Source: a virus (taxonomy: Duplodnaviria; Caudoviricetes). From it: 57,309 bases of DNA. A program made the translations under genes and the position numbers. The stretch covers positions 1 through 57,309 of the IMG/VR virus record IMGVR_UViG_3300033183_000118. The stretch is one strand, 5' to 3'. The notes beneath the pieces are model-generated. The model was not told the DNA's origin, made no database searches, and saw only the letters and a program-made list of their open reading frames with translations. Numbering within the stretch: the first letter of the stretch is position 1; each line of letters starts with the position of its first letter. Positions 20,201 through 28,705 of this stretch are shown here, piece by piece.

Positions 20201-23200
20201 CGACACAGAGAGCGGCAGCTTCCTAGAGTTCTACCACGGAACTCCGAATGGCTGGGCGTTCAAGCGCAACACCAACCCAGACGTCATTCTTGCGGGATCA
20301 TCTCGCGGACAGAAGGGTCCAGGGGTTTATCTAACACGCTCTGCTGCCGTCGCGTCTGAGGTCTATTCTCGTAAGCCAACCTACGAGAACTTGCTAGGTC
20401 AGATCAACAGACTGGTCGAAGAAGGCAAGATCGACGAGGAGACATCTGTCTATATGGTCGACGCTGCCCGTGACCTCATCAACACACGTCTGGCTCTATC
20501 GAAAGCACGTCGTAAATATTCTGAGTTCACGCAGTTCAACCAAGCAAAAGAGAAGCGCAACCTTATCAAGGAGCGCATCGACTACTTCGTTGATGAAGAG
20601 CAGGAACTTAACGAGTACCTGATCGAGCGTGGTCTTCTGGTCGAACCGATGGTTATCCCGACGTTTGTGCGTGTGATGAACCCTGCGGACTTCCGCACCA
20701 GAACAATCTACCAGCCGAACCAAGCTGGCATCCCGTCGCCAATGGCTAAGATATTCATCGACCATGGCGACATGATGCAAATCTTCAGGCCGACTGCTCT
20801 GGATAGCTTTGCTCGTGACACGTCTTCACGTCGTTTGGATGGCGAAGAAATGTATCAGCGCATCGTTCAACTCTACACGGACAGTGGCTTCAGCAAGGAA
20901 GAAGGTCAGCGCATGCTGAACGAAGTCCTTGATGACAATGGCTACGACGGCATTCGCTCAACACACCGCAACAGCCTTGGCATTGAAGGTACAGAGCAGA
21001 TGCCGAACGGCGACTTCTACGAAGCGTCAATGACTGAGTACGAAGCTCTGACTGTGTTCGAGACATCAAACGTCAAGCATGTGGATGCTGACGAGTTCGA
21101 CGATTTCGACGACCGTCTATTCTACCGTGCCACTGAGGCTATGCCTCGCGGCACTGCTGGCTCTATCACCGAAGCGATTATGAACCGCGCCATCGACAAG
21201 ACGTCTGACATCAACCCTGCCTCTCTTGGCGAGGTGATGGAAGGTGACGGTGTGAGTTCACCAATGACATCGGCAATCATGTCGATGATCCGAGGTCGCA
21301 AGCTCGACGTTAAAGAAGAACAAGCGATGCGGAAGGTGTCACCGTTTTTCTGGCTTAAATCGCAGTCAACTCGCATGTCTGTCCTTGGCGCAAACTGGGT
21401 GGCGAAGTGGTATAAAGACAACTTCCCATCCTTGCATCAGAAGTTTGCATCTAAATACTTCCCGATCCACCACCAGCTTCGTGCGCTGCCAGACGCTGAC
21501 GGCAAGGTCCGTGCATGGGCGCGTGCTGCATCAGGCAACGTCGGGCAATCACAACCGAAGTCATACCAGCGCATCGTGAAAGCGTTGCGTCGTGGCTACG
21601 ACAAAGACGGAAACGAAACCCGTCACATTAAAAATCTTAGCGAGCAGGAGCGTAAGGTCTGGAACCAAATCCGTAATGCAATGTCTGCCGAGCGCGAAGA
21701 GATGATCGCCAAAGGTATGTATGTCGGAGACCGTGGCCCGAACTACCTGCCACAAGTTTGGAACAAGGAGAAAATTCGTGACAACAGACAAGAGTTTCTT
21801 GCCGCAATGGCTGACTACTTCCGCATGGAAAAAACGGCGCACGGCATTCTCGATTACACTGAAGAACAAGCTGCTGATTTTGCGGATGGATTGTTTGAGA
21901 CTTTGGCTGAAGATGGAGCGGATGGCGTGTTCGTTCCGATCCAAGGTGGCTCGCGCAATCCAAAGTTTGACAACGTAGACTTTAGCCGCGTCATCGAACT
22001 GGAGAAGTATCCTGCCGCAATGGACAGCCTAGAGAAGTTCCTTGAGGACGATCTCGAAGCACTGCTGGTTAAATACTTCGAAGGATCATCGCGTCGCATC
22101 AACCATGCGGAGCAGATGGGCATCAACAGCCACGCGTTCTACGACTACATTCTGACCGCAGACGCTGGCCGCGAAGGTATCATCCGCTTGCTGACAACTT
22201 CGAAGGACTTCCGCAAGGACATCCGAGCAATCAGCGAGACAGGATACCCAGAATACGCACAGCTATCAGACGTCGTGCGTATGCCATTCGAAGGCAAAGA
22301 CGCAGACGCTGGCCGTTTCGTCGACGACTTGATGCGCACACATGCAGAGCAGGGCGAAGGTGCAGCACTCAAGATGCTCGAAACAATCGCGCCTCGTGAC
22401 CCAGACGGTAACATTCCGTTGGCTTACAAGCGTCGCTCAGACGCAATCATTGGCGCACTGACGGACTTCAAGGGCCAAAAGGTCAAGTGGAAGCCAAGCG
22501 ACTTTGAGTTTATGGAGAACTCGATGCGCGTTGCCATGAAGAAGCCAATGACTGGCACTGGTTCTCGCGGCATGATGAACTTCAGCCGCGCGATGCGCAG
22601 CTTCAACAGCGTCACGCTTCTAGGCTTCACAACCCTAACGTCTTTGGGTGACTTGGTGCTGCCAATCATCCGTTCTGGTTCATTCTCTGACTGGGCAAAG
22701 GGCGTACATAAGTGGAAGTCCGATCCAGAATACGCACAGTTCATCCACGATACTGGCGTCGCAATGGAGAACATCGTCCACGAACGTATGGTTCACATGT
22801 ATGGTGCGGTTGATGGTAAGCTGACCAACGCATTCTTCAACGCAACAATGCTAACGCCTTGGACTGACATGAACCGTCAGATCGCAGGTGCCACTGGCTA
22901 CGAAGCGATGAAGACTATGCAGCGCAAGGCTCGTAAGCATTACAAAGACGGCCTGCCAATCGGCGAGCAGCCTGTTCAGTACAAGACGGCAGCACGCTTC
23001 TTGAATGCTTACGGACTGGGCGATTACTTGCCTAGTGGAGTGAGCAAAGACATCAGTCTTGGCGACCGCAAGTTGATGGCGAGTGACCCAATGTTAGGGA
23101 AGGCGATCATCAAGTTCGCAGACGAAGCAATCTTCCAGCCTAACCCGAATGACATCCCGCTCTGGGCGCAAACACCATGGGGTTCAATGATCTTCCAACT

Positions 23201-23825
23201 GAAGTCATTCCCACTAATGATGACACGTCTTGGCAAGCACGTCGTGGACGAAGCTATGCAGGGCAACGTCAAGCCCCTGGCATATTTCGCAACACTTGGC
23301 CCTGCTTTCGGTATGGGTGCGCTGGCTGCGAAGGACATTATCCAGATGCGTGGTGGCGACGACGAGCGCAGTCCAGAGCTACGCCGCCGCAACATCCTCA
23401 AGGTTCTTGGCTACGACGAGAAAGTCCACGGCGACGAGCAAGACTTCCTTGGTTGGTATGTCGAAGGGATGATGATGATGGGCGGTCTTGGCTTGCTTGG
23501 TGACGTTATGCACAGCGCGGTCACACAGGTGGACAACGGCGCATACGGTAAAATCCGTCTGGCCTCCACGGTACTAGGTCCATCATTTGGAGCGTACATG
23601 TCTTCTATCGACGTCCTTGCAGGGGCGAAGGACATGGCTGTCGGTGGTGATAACAGCAACGCAAAAGAAAGAACAATGGTCAGAGAGATGGCCACACGCA
23701 TTCCTGTCGTGGGCGGCATCAGAGCCGCACGCGAGGGAATTGTCGACACTCTGGCAGGTGAGCCAGACAGCGGCAGACGCAAGCGCAACCCATGGCAAAC
23801 AAGCTGGAGTGGCGGTTGGGAATAA
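14202..23825 (+). CDS. Giant polyvalent internal virion protein with two zincin HExxH motifs and an ADP-ribosyltransferase-like domain
   Basis: 3,207 aa from ATG 14202 (GGAGA RBS); HEMAH 17811-17825, HEIGH 19647-19661; YHGT...GPGVYLT...GYDGI...EYEALTVFETSNVK. Confidence 0.8.
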   Translation: MSKYLPEAPALIDPNTVTQTQNVDYLSNTGGADLLRSPAFLNDLRQHYESKGVRFLTEEELIDRFYSDNTWDDLNTVGAISSAAEAATAGSEEKQRLNRLQQAWRSLPNFWQEGGRGFMAAASDAAGAIIADPINLIPVVNAYGKATTAARAASAAGRSAMRAGVTAGARSGALSEAAISGGQEAIVNAANQVRDVQLGLRDNFSTGELAGATAIGAGLGGTVGGAIGAGAGALASRTGAQQAQSLGRLGYSPEEIGGMSNQEAQRRIPAEMPDFQMPAPRQADEAAEETPELTPEQQRDAKWQEQTARATAVRDALRDRVDELRADGADPEVIEAMQQRLEAATRLIPMTQRLAKEEADIINFGGTNDSQQRARHSRRTKEYERDFSEWRELVSTVEDASDVDAVNARIDEIQARIEADRAQEAEAAAETPPEAAADEAVATGGEDAPSPDGPDAAASPIETSPTTEPLDGAEPEAEGFPEFKYRSDAQRDSVRNLLEQAGMNEYDLSVMVANGEIKVGKRGNLLTQQSVKDLRVKLKPIIEEMAARKTDDELPSAAGPDPVAVETPAPRQEVSTDPLRGQALFAGIDPNSITPPKRSKTGKVTKAQVNKAIAARAPDAEPDAYAAQVRQELDDALDLIGAEEDIDALRQAVAMLARSSKSEDADILALFDHLIDAMPDDGPEVSLGSIDFTKTELKKIERRAKELRRQQPGMGADLATEIATGEIKAQRGADTQSVRGTGESIEDAKKFTTAGRNVAGRIQGFLRRGTPIGKGSDYTTTRDMRVKRNEFGFEAALIEARSGKGPDIVAYTTLGPETIMTRTGKVQVPKGTVAYADGYTRRAYDSMELAIEARGDGRKDRSMPKVTDKGPAQNNIKKLLDEFGDDPEAFRRALQAVRDGATTAKAPAIEKLPLVRGAKLAIAKHKTRKGKNGGPLIRMVDPKQADAGKNISAVLGKDLDGWEVKYADRSRFTNNPKKLRDLWEATSDDARAEMEGIPPDAALNEAGYETSLGRPMNQVEAHYIEITADTTLTEKETAAILYAAKKADHVKKIDEVTVADVLYYEMALNSTRWQKNINEHRAIGEAIKSLNDVLSRVAPDGIKLPNEKRVDAMRKLDAIFAGVGSDELQHAREFIIRMGGDRAVAPELRTTTPRPTMTGVYEFGIPSADSGATRVADLGVSQRVGVVPTPTKVYANPRLMTFYHEMAHWAYFNILTHKDRADFWKSMEKYYTDDGKLDIDLLVASVPKVDEKGVPLNNALEAPAELFANQFEVFMANKIKGYATASESYWRRVTRYIQAVFDRYFGGVMIDPDLEPMFAKILPEEDSGAFAMGKDAVAKTEAGKTYNRRYAQIKMDRQDLKDAIFDDSPEGIVNASRTIVETLLTLAPRVHVAMKRGTTGTLMPLIPMRTMIRQRIDDISEILSGKPFDFDAYDKGEMPRWMIDEGLTAVDDPTEAADMLRDFYFNGYNGKFQPSNGIPAGPKGQPINKQYTSLEKLFDMMENRLEAAYKKAESGDLPPEATPKLDTDVEPSERPNPIKRKAAKKKQRIEKAADAAAAAVTKTPAAKRARRNPKSGRVVDPAFAESLKTKEPNELRSLFIEHKGTERGDQVAFELMHRVKSQPASSYKEVRITKEIKAMKSDELEATFLNGVETGDVNMTNMAITEMMRRQINKRRRKEGLQIIQPRILKREILQTEIDDNVGLASSDGVPPAARASVRELLGYITHRDPEIQYTARTMAYRMLNLMGKTSRKTLGEANVMTSADLARLANTDPNTVGNAAFADFRAPEFQKLRSDLRRMSIGLNKGKANPFDIMHEIGHVMVRSGVLADDEIAAIREAYTLANDTTKKRIQNAYAGKYGGRTENLDDLLAEEWFSEGLAYYMAERVAKGDILEAALDGNIGNLRMRNSFSRAMDKMIEYIAYVLNGMVGRNDIKQQYRRLFLFGDMFQSDATPPLATTIRRKKGVHSSYAADAVADHIATSPSARLAKIRNFVGEGMSYDTESGSFLEFYHGTPNGWAFKRNTNPDVILAGSSRGQKGPGVYLTRSAAVASEVYSRKPTYENLLGQINRLVEEGKIDEETSVYMVDAARDLINTRLALSKARRKYSEFTQFNQAKEKRNLIKERIDYFVDEEQELNEYLIERGLLVEPMVIPTFVRVMNPADFRTRTIYQPNQAGIPSPMAKIFIDHGDMMQIFRPTALDSFARDTSSRRLDGEEMYQRIVQLYTDSGFSKEEGQRMLNEVLDDNGYDGIRSTHRNSLGIEGTEQMPNGDFYEASMTEYEALTVFETSNVKHVDADEFDDFDDRLFYRATEAMPRGTAGSITEAIMNRAIDKTSDINPASLGEVMEGDGVSSPMTSAIMSMIRGRKLDVKEEQAMRKVSPFFWLKSQSTRMSVLGANWVAKWYKDNFPSLHQKFASKYFPIHHQLRALPDADGKVRAWARAASGNVGQSQPKSYQRIVKALRRGYDKDGNETRHIKNLSEQERKVWNQIRNAMSAEREEMIAKGMYVGDRGPNYLPQVWNKEKIRDNRQEFLAAMADYFRMEKTAHGILDYTEEQAADFADGLFETLAEDGADGVFVPIQGGSRNPKFDNVDFSRVIELEKYPAAMDSLEKFLEDDLEALLVKYFEGSSRRINHAEQMGINSHAFYDYILTADAGREGIIRLLTTSKDFRKDIRAISETGYPEYAQLSDVVRMPFEGKDADAGRFVDDLMRTHAEQGEGAALKMLETIAPRDPDGNIPLAYKRRSDAIIGALTDFKGQKVKWKPSDFEFMENSMRVAMKKPMTGTGSRGMMNFSRAMRSFNSVTLLGFTTLTSLGDLVLPIIRSGSFSDWAKGVHKWKSDPEYAQFIHDTGVAMENIVHERMVHMYGAVDGKLTNAFFNATMLTPWTDMNRQIAGATGYEAMKTMQRKARKHYKDGLPIGEQPVQYKTAARFLNAYGLGDYLPSGVSKDISLGDRKLMASDPMLGKAIIKFADEAIFQPNPNDIPLWAQTPWGSMIFQLKSFPLMMTRLGKHVVDEAMQGNVKPLAYFATLGPAFGMGALAAKDIIQMRGGDDERSPELRRRNILKVLGYDEKVHGDEQDFLGWYVEGMMMMGGLGLLGDVMHSAVTQVDNGAYGKIRLASTVLGPSFGAYMSSIDVLAGAKDMAVGGDNSNAKERTMVREMATRIPVVGGIRAAREGIVDTLAGEPDSGRRKRNPWQTSWSGGWE

Positions 23826-23843
23826 GGAGCAAAGGAGCAACTG

Positions 23844-24236
23844 ATGCTACAAGCACTCATCGGTCCTGTGACTGGCTTGCTAGACAAGTTCATCGAGGAC
23901 AAAGACCAACGGGCGCAACTCGCCCATGAAATAGCAACCATGGCGGAGCGTCACGCGCACGAAGCCGCCATGGCTCAAATCGACGTAAACAAACAAGAAG
24001 CTCAACACCGATCCGTCTGGGTCGCTGGTTGGCGACCTGCATGCGGATGGCTTTGCGCTGCCGCAATGGGCGCACACTTCGTGATCTTCCCGACAATAGC
24101 CGTCGTAGCGACGGCATTCGGACAGACAGTCGACTTCCCAGAGTTTGACATGAACAGCTTGATGACCGTCTTGCTTGGCATGCTGGGTCTTGGCGGTCTT
24201 CGCAGCTTCGAAAAGAGCAAGGGGGTTGCGAAGTAA
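23844..24236 (+). CDS. Holin (3TM, GTA-holin-like)
   Basis: GWRPACGW and LLGMLGLGGLRSFEK motifs. Confidence 0.85.
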   Translation: MLQALIGPVTGLLDKFIEDKDQRAQLAHEIATMAERHAHEAAMAQIDVNKQEAQHRSVWVAGWRPACGWLCAAAMGAHFVIFPTIAVVATAFGQTVDFPEFDMNSLMTVLLGMLGLGGLRSFEKSKGVAK

Positions 24237-24736
24237 TGCCTGACTTTAGCGACATCAAGAACATCATTGCTGCGGTGGGTGCGCTCATCGCTGCAATATC
24301 TGGTGGAGCTACATTGTCTGGCAAGTTCGGGTGGGATTGGTTCGACCGTCCCGTACTCGAATGGCACCCAGAGCAGTTCGAAATATCTGATGGATATATA
24401 GACGAAGGGTTCAAGGTGGTCGTCGCAAGGCAGAAGTTGCGTGACGATTGTGAAGTCGTCAGCTTCCGAGTGGAGCTTCGCGACAGCGAGTATCTGGTCC
24501 ACCCACTGACACCTTCTGTCGCTAAGTTTAGCGGACCTGCAAACGAGACCGTCGACCTGTTCGGCTATCGTATCTACCTGCCTGAAATGCACATGCACAA
24601 GGTCGCCATGGGGGAGGCAACCCTCCTTGGCCAGATCAAATACGCATGCCCAGAGGGCGAGCAAATCGTGACCTATCCATCTCACCCAAACCTCACATTC
24701 AATATACTAGGAGTAAGCAGCGATGAGACACATTGA
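24236..24736 (+). CDS. Membrane-anchored protein in the lysis cassette
   Basis: 166 aa; N-terminal hydrophobic helix, two Cys; lies between holin and endolysin. Confidence 0.7.
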   Translation: MPDFSDIKNIIAAVGALIAAISGGATLSGKFGWDWFDRPVLEWHPEQFEISDGYIDEGFKVVVARQKLRDDCEVVSFRVELRDSEYLVHPLTPSVAKFSGPANETVDLFGYRIYLPEMHMHKVAMGEATLLGQIKYACPEGEQIVTYPSHPNLTFNILGVSSDETH

Positions 24737-25163
24737 TGAGATCGTAATTCACTGCACAGCGACAAACCCAAGCTGGTACGAAGACCGTCCAGTTGCCGAA
24801 GTGGTAAAAGAAATTACTCGCTGGCACACAGACCCGAAACCAAAGGGCCGTGGGTGGTCAGACTGCGGCTACCATTACATCGTCCACAGAGACGGCTCTG
24901 TTGGAACGGGTCGTCCCGTCTGGCGTTCAGGTGCGCACGTCGCAGGACATAATGAAAGTACGATTGGCGTTAGCTTGGTCGGTGGTCGTGGCGGTTGTTC
25001 AGACGACAAGTTTCTCGACAACTTTACAGAAGCGCAGGAGAAAGCACTGCGCGAACTGGTTGAAGACCTGAAGAAAGAACACAAGACCATTACGAAGGTG
25101 ACGGGCCACAACGACTATGCGTCAAAGGCTTGCCCCTGTTTTGATGTCGATGAGTGGTACTAG
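24723..25163 (+). CDS. Endolysin, N-acetylmuramoyl-L-alanine amidase (T7 lysozyme-like)
   Basis: IVIHCTAT, GWSDCGYHY, GAHVAGHN, GHND..SKACPCFD zinc-amidase motifs. Confidence 0.93.
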   Translation: MRHIDEIVIHCTATNPSWYEDRPVAEVVKEITRWHTDPKPKGRGWSDCGYHYIVHRDGSVGTGRPVWRSGAHVAGHNESTIGVSLVGGRGGCSDDKFLDNFTEAQEKALRELVEDLKKEHKTITKVTGHNDYASKACPCFDVDEWY

Positions 25164-25486
25164 CGTTTCTTTAATATTTTATCGAGGCGGGACTGGCGTT
25201 CTGCCTCGTTACCTACGAACTCACCACCGAGGGCGCTGTATCCACATTTGTCGATCCAACTATCCTCATGGCCCAGAGAGTTCAAAAGTCTTGACGTCTT
25301 CATCCAGTCAAGCATCAGAGCAACGTGCTGTGCTGTGAGGTATCCGTGAGACGTAAGCGCAGATTTAAGAATGATGTTCCACCCTTCCGCAATGCGCTCG
25401 AAGTTTTCATGTGCGTCGCCATAATCTTGAGCGCGTTGGCCATTGATATACTCGTTCGCCTTCTCTAGGATTTCATCCCTCTTCAT
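25160..25486 (-). CDS. DUF6378-like protein (phage nucleotide-metabolism associated)
   Basis: RAQDYGDAHENFERIA...KTSRL...HEDSWIDKCGY pattern. Confidence 0.7.
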   Translation of the reverse strand: MKRDEILEKANEYINGQRAQDYGDAHENFERIAEGWNIILKSALTSHGYLTAQHVALMLDWMKTSRLLNSLGHEDSWIDKCGYSALGGEFVGNEAERQSRLDKILKKR

Positions 25487-25778
25487 CTTCACGCACCTCG
25501 TAGTCGACCAGCCATTTGAACCGCATCTTCAGCGCGTCAATGTCTGCCTCGACAAGACGCACGTCGTGCTTCCTGTTTGAAATATCAGCACGCACACGCT
25601 TACGCTTGTCTCGTGCCTTCGCGATCTCGTCTAAGTTGCGAGGTCTTGCGTCTTGCAGTTCCTCGATCCGCTCAGAAATACTCGTCACCTCGTCTTCCAT
25701 ATCGTTGACGTGCTTCAGAATGCTAGATCGCTTCTGTGATAGCTTCGTAAAGTCTTCCAAAATATCCGTAAACTTCAT
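25473..25778 (-). CDS. Coiled-coil hypothetical protein
   Basis: Start at MKFTDILEDF (ATG 25778); heptad pattern. Confidence 0.65.
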   Translation of the reverse strand: MKFTDILEDFTKLSQKRSSILKHVNDMEDEVTSISERIEELQDARPRNLDEIAKARDKRKRVRADISNRKHDVRLVEADIDALKMRFKWLVDYEVREDEEG

Positions 25779-25782
25779 GCGG

Positions 25783-26604
25783 TTATTCCTTCGGCAATGG
25801 CTCATATGTTTCGTAGTCTGCACAAGGGCCATTTGCTTCTTTGTCATGCTTGTCGCAATGCCATGCTCCACTAGGATGGGCTGTCGAAAAGCGGCATGTG
25901 CCGCATCGTACTGGAATGTCCATACCTTCCCAACATACGCCACGTTTGAAGCACCCGCGACATCTCCAATCAGTCCCGTCGTCGCTGATCTTTCTGGCTT
26001 TTCCAAGGACAACACGTTCGATGCGTTCCTTGATGTGTGCAAATTCAAATTCGTCATAGTCTACTAGCTCCGCATGGTATTCGCAGTTGTTCTTATTGAT
26101 GGCGACGAACAAAGTCTGCGTCATATCGGACATGCCCATCATCATTTGGACCTGTCCGAAATACTGTGGGTGAGATGACTTCACCCCATTTTTCTTAAAT
26201 TTATTGAAGCTCGCGTCATTCATGGATTTAATTTCCAAGACGCGCACGACGCCATCGTCAAGCTCGACGTGGCCATCCATATGGCAGACGATGTGTCCAC
26301 CCCATGCTTCGTATGTATGCTGTCTGTTTGTAAGACCGTCTACTTCCCAGACGCGGATGTCTGCCTTCTTCTTGAGGTCTTTTACGACTTCGTCTTCGAG
26401 GATGTGGCCCAACTGGAATATCCGCTTGAGGCGAGGGTCTGGCTCCACATTAGGAAATCCGCGTAAGTTAAACGCGATTGCGGCGTCACATGCGTTTCCG
26501 ATGATGGACGCACCAATATACTCTCTGGCTTTTTCTTCTCGTTTGTCATTGTCGTACCCTTCGTCAATGGCGAACACGACCTCTTCTGCTGTCTTTACCT
26601 GCAC
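25783..26604 (-). CDS. Cas4/RecB-like PD-(D/E)XK exonuclease
   Basis: GHILE, HMDG, LEIKS, YFGQVQMMM, and C-terminal CRGC...VC Cys cluster. Confidence 0.85.
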   Translation of the reverse strand: MQVKTAEEVVFAIDEGYDNDKREEKAREYIGASIIGNACDAAIAFNLRGFPNVEPDPRLKRIFQLGHILEDEVVKDLKKKADIRVWEVDGLTNRQHTYEAWGGHIVCHMDGHVELDDGVVRVLEIKSMNDASFNKFKKNGVKSSHPQYFGQVQMMMGMSDMTQTLFVAINKNNCEYHAELVDYDEFEFAHIKERIERVVLGKARKISDDGTDWRCRGCFKRGVCWEGMDIPVRCGTCRFSTAHPSGAWHCDKHDKEANGPCADYETYEPLPKE

Positions 26605-26627
26605 TGCCTTACCCTATTCTTGTTAGG

Positions 26628-26652
26628 TTGAGGGGGGCAAAGCCCCCCTCAA
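26628..26652. other. Perfect 11-bp hairpin downstream of the SSB gene (mRNA stabiliser or weak terminator)
   Basis: TTGAGGGGGGC-AAA-GCCCCCCTCAA; no U-tract on the minus strand. Confidence 0.6.
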
Positions 26653-26659
26653 TATGTCA

Positions 26660-27142
26660 TTAGAACGGGATTTCGTCGTCCATCTTTGTGGGTTTAGAGG
26701 ACTTGTCCGAGCCTCCTTCAGAACCTGAAGCGAGCGGTTTGAAGCTCTTAATCTCCGTCTGCTGACGTTGGTTTCCATCCCTGTCTTGCCATGGTTTACC
26801 CAAGCCAACGTAGACCTGACATTTCAGACCTACCAAAGAGGAAACATCATCTGGTTTGTCAGGGTTTGGGTGGCCCCCCGCAACCAGAAATGACTTCAAC
26901 TGACGCAGTCCGATCTCGACGGCTTGCGCATTTGAATGGTGGACATTGAAGTTCATTCGAATGTCACCCGACCCATCGACGTCTTCGAAGTCTGCAACCA
27001 CGCGTTTGTTCGCGCTGTCACCGATGCTTTCTACCTTCGCCGATGTGCATTTTACTGTGTAATTACCTGTATCCAGACGACGGGAGCCTTCGCTTCCCTC
27101 AACCTTTGAAAGGTCTAAGTCTCCAAAACCACTCCAACTCAT
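26660..27142 (-). CDS. Single-stranded DNA-binding protein (DUF669-like)
   Basis: OB-fold-like body with acidic C-terminal DDEIPF tail; follows the Sak4-like ATPase. Confidence 0.85.
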   Translation of the reverse strand: MSWSGFGDLDLSKVEGSEGSRRLDTGNYTVKCTSAKVESIGDSANKRVVADFEDVDGSGDIRMNFNVHHSNAQAVEIGLRQLKSFLVAGGHPNPDKPDDVSSLVGLKCQVYVGLGKPWQDRDGNQRQQTEIKSFKPLASGSEGGSDKSSKPTKMDDEIPF

Positions 27143-27945
27143 TTTTCATCTCCTATCTTTTTGTCAGATTGAGCCGATTGATATTTCTCCCACTCGTCGT
27201 CTGGCATAGACATACGCGCTAGGAGTTCAGTTATGTCTTCCACCTTTTCATATGGTTTCAGACGTTGGCGGGGATCACGAACCTTGCCGTGCCATCCGCT
27301 TGCCTCATCAGTCACGACGTAGCGTGAAACCTTGGGCATACCTTGGTCGTTCTTTTCCGTCGTGCGCACACCGCACAAGACGTGATCGAACAACGCAGGG
27401 ATTTGCTTCGCCACCTTTTGGCCTTTTACGAATGGCCAATACTGGGTGACATCGTTTGCGTCTTGCTCTTCAGCAGCAAGGCAGGTGACATAGACGTGCA
27501 TGTCCAGATCGCGTATCCATTTCAGGGTGCCGATCATCATCCGTGAGTAGTCTGCCCATAGCTGAAAGCCGTTATTGTTATGCTTATGCTCGACCTCTAG
27601 GTGTTCGATCAGGCGTTCAGCCAGTTCGGTCAAGCTGTCGATGGCGATCCATTTGTAACCTGCCTTCTGAAAATCTTCAGTGGCAATCATCTTACAGATA
27701 CCTCGGTAAGAGAATACGCCGCCTTCAGGATCGTGGCTGCCATCCCATGAGGAGAATGGAACGTAGTCGATGTCGACGTCTTCGACAGACTTCAGTCCGC
27801 TCTCGCCTGAGATAATCAAGCCCTTTCCAAAGCGCTTTTGATAGTACCGACATTGGTACGTTTTACCGTACCCATGGTGAGCATAAAGCAGCACCTTAGT
27901 GGGGCCATCCTTTGTAATGGATGACGTCTTGGGGAAATTAAACAT
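27139..27945 (-). CDS. Sak4-like / AAA_24 ATPase (recombination, single-strand annealing)
   Basis: LLYAHHGYGKT Walker A; ISGESGL; IAIDSLTE Walker B. Confidence 0.85.
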   Translation of the reverse strand: MFNFPKTSSITKDGPTKVLLYAHHGYGKTYQCRYYQKRFGKGLIISGESGLKSVEDVDIDYVPFSSWDGSHDPEGGVFSYRGICKMIATEDFQKAGYKWIAIDSLTELAERLIEHLEVEHKHNNNGFQLWADYSRMMIGTLKWIRDLDMHVYVTCLAAEEQDANDVTQYWPFVKGQKVAKQIPALFDHVLCGVRTTEKNDQGMPKVSRYVVTDEASGWHGKVRDPRQRLKPYEKVEDITELLARMSMPDDEWEKYQSAQSDKKIGDEK

Positions 27946-28372
27946 GTGGGATCACCTTAATTTTCGGTTTGTCTAGCTTTCGAGTGAGAGCAAATTTCAG
28001 CTTCTCCTGCTCGCTTGTTGGAAGTTTAAGGAACTTCCGCTTGTCTACGGTCAACGACCGCTTGACGTGATCGGGCAATTCGCCTTGAGAGAATGCCTTC
28101 TCCAATGCTTCCTTGTCCCATGTCCACCGCTCAGAGCGGTTGACTACCACCTCGTAGCTGTCTGTAGACATCGCGCGTTCGCCTGCCTCTTCTGGAAAGA
28201 CATGCGCGATTTCTGTTTCGACTTGGGCTAAGAGAATGGTCAGAGCTTCTAGCTGATTAGACACCTCAAGGTGTTGCTTCGCTAAATCCTCCAGTGTTTT
28301 ACTTCGCTCGGAAGGTTTGGGGGTCTTCTTGCCTATGCTATCAAAGACATCCCATTCATCGCTTTCGATCAT
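27938..28372 (-). CDS. Hypothetical recombination-module protein
   Basis: ATG 28372 with AGGAGG RBS; first gene of the leftward recombination operon. Confidence 0.7.
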   Translation of the reverse strand: MIESDEWDVFDSIGKKTPKPSERSKTLEDLAKQHLEVSNQLEALTILLAQVETEIAHVFPEEAGERAMSTDSYEVVVNRSERWTWDKEALEKAFSQGELPDHVKRSLTVDKRKFLKLPTSEQEKLKFALTRKLDKPKIKVIPHV

Positions 28373-28421
28373 ATGCTCCTCCTGTGAACTCACCAGCTAC
28401 AAAATCGTTTGGTGTCTTGTC

Positions 28422-28459
28422 ACACCCAAAGGTGTAGTATATATGATACAAGGTGTCAA
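28422..28459. promoter_or_regulatory. Divergent control region: ACACC-N4-GGTGT palindrome, TGTA-N10-TACA operator (28433-28450), TTGACA on the minus strand
   Basis: Motifs read directly; lies between divergent operons. Confidence 0.65.
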
Positions 28460-28477
28460 CAACATGGAGTAGATAAA

Positions 28478-28705
28478 TTGTCTGCACGATTGAACATTGA
28501 AGCACTGATCTGTGATCTTGGGGGAGCAGCCGAAGTGGCCAAGATAGCAGGTGTGGTGCGCACTGCGCCCTATGGGTGGGTGAAACGGAACTACGTTTCC
28601 AGTTCAGTCTTGGAGAAAATCAAAACTGCCAAACCTGACATTGACTTAGACTTATACTTTCACGAGGTGGACGATGACCAAGACAAAACTGGAGGCCGCA
28701 CTTGA
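28478..28705 (+). CDS. Cro/YdaS-like HTH regulator
   Basis: TTG start after GGAG; LGGAAEVAKIAGVVRTAPYGW helix-turn-helix. Confidence 0.75.
   Translation: MSARLNIEALICDLGGAAEVAKIAGVVRTAPYGWVKRNYVSSSVLEKIKTAKPDIDLDLYFHEVDDDQDKTGGRT

Noticed and set aside
25783-26604. Cas4-like gene as part of a CRISPR system
   Set aside because: No repeat-spacer array or other cas genes seen; context is a phage recombination module
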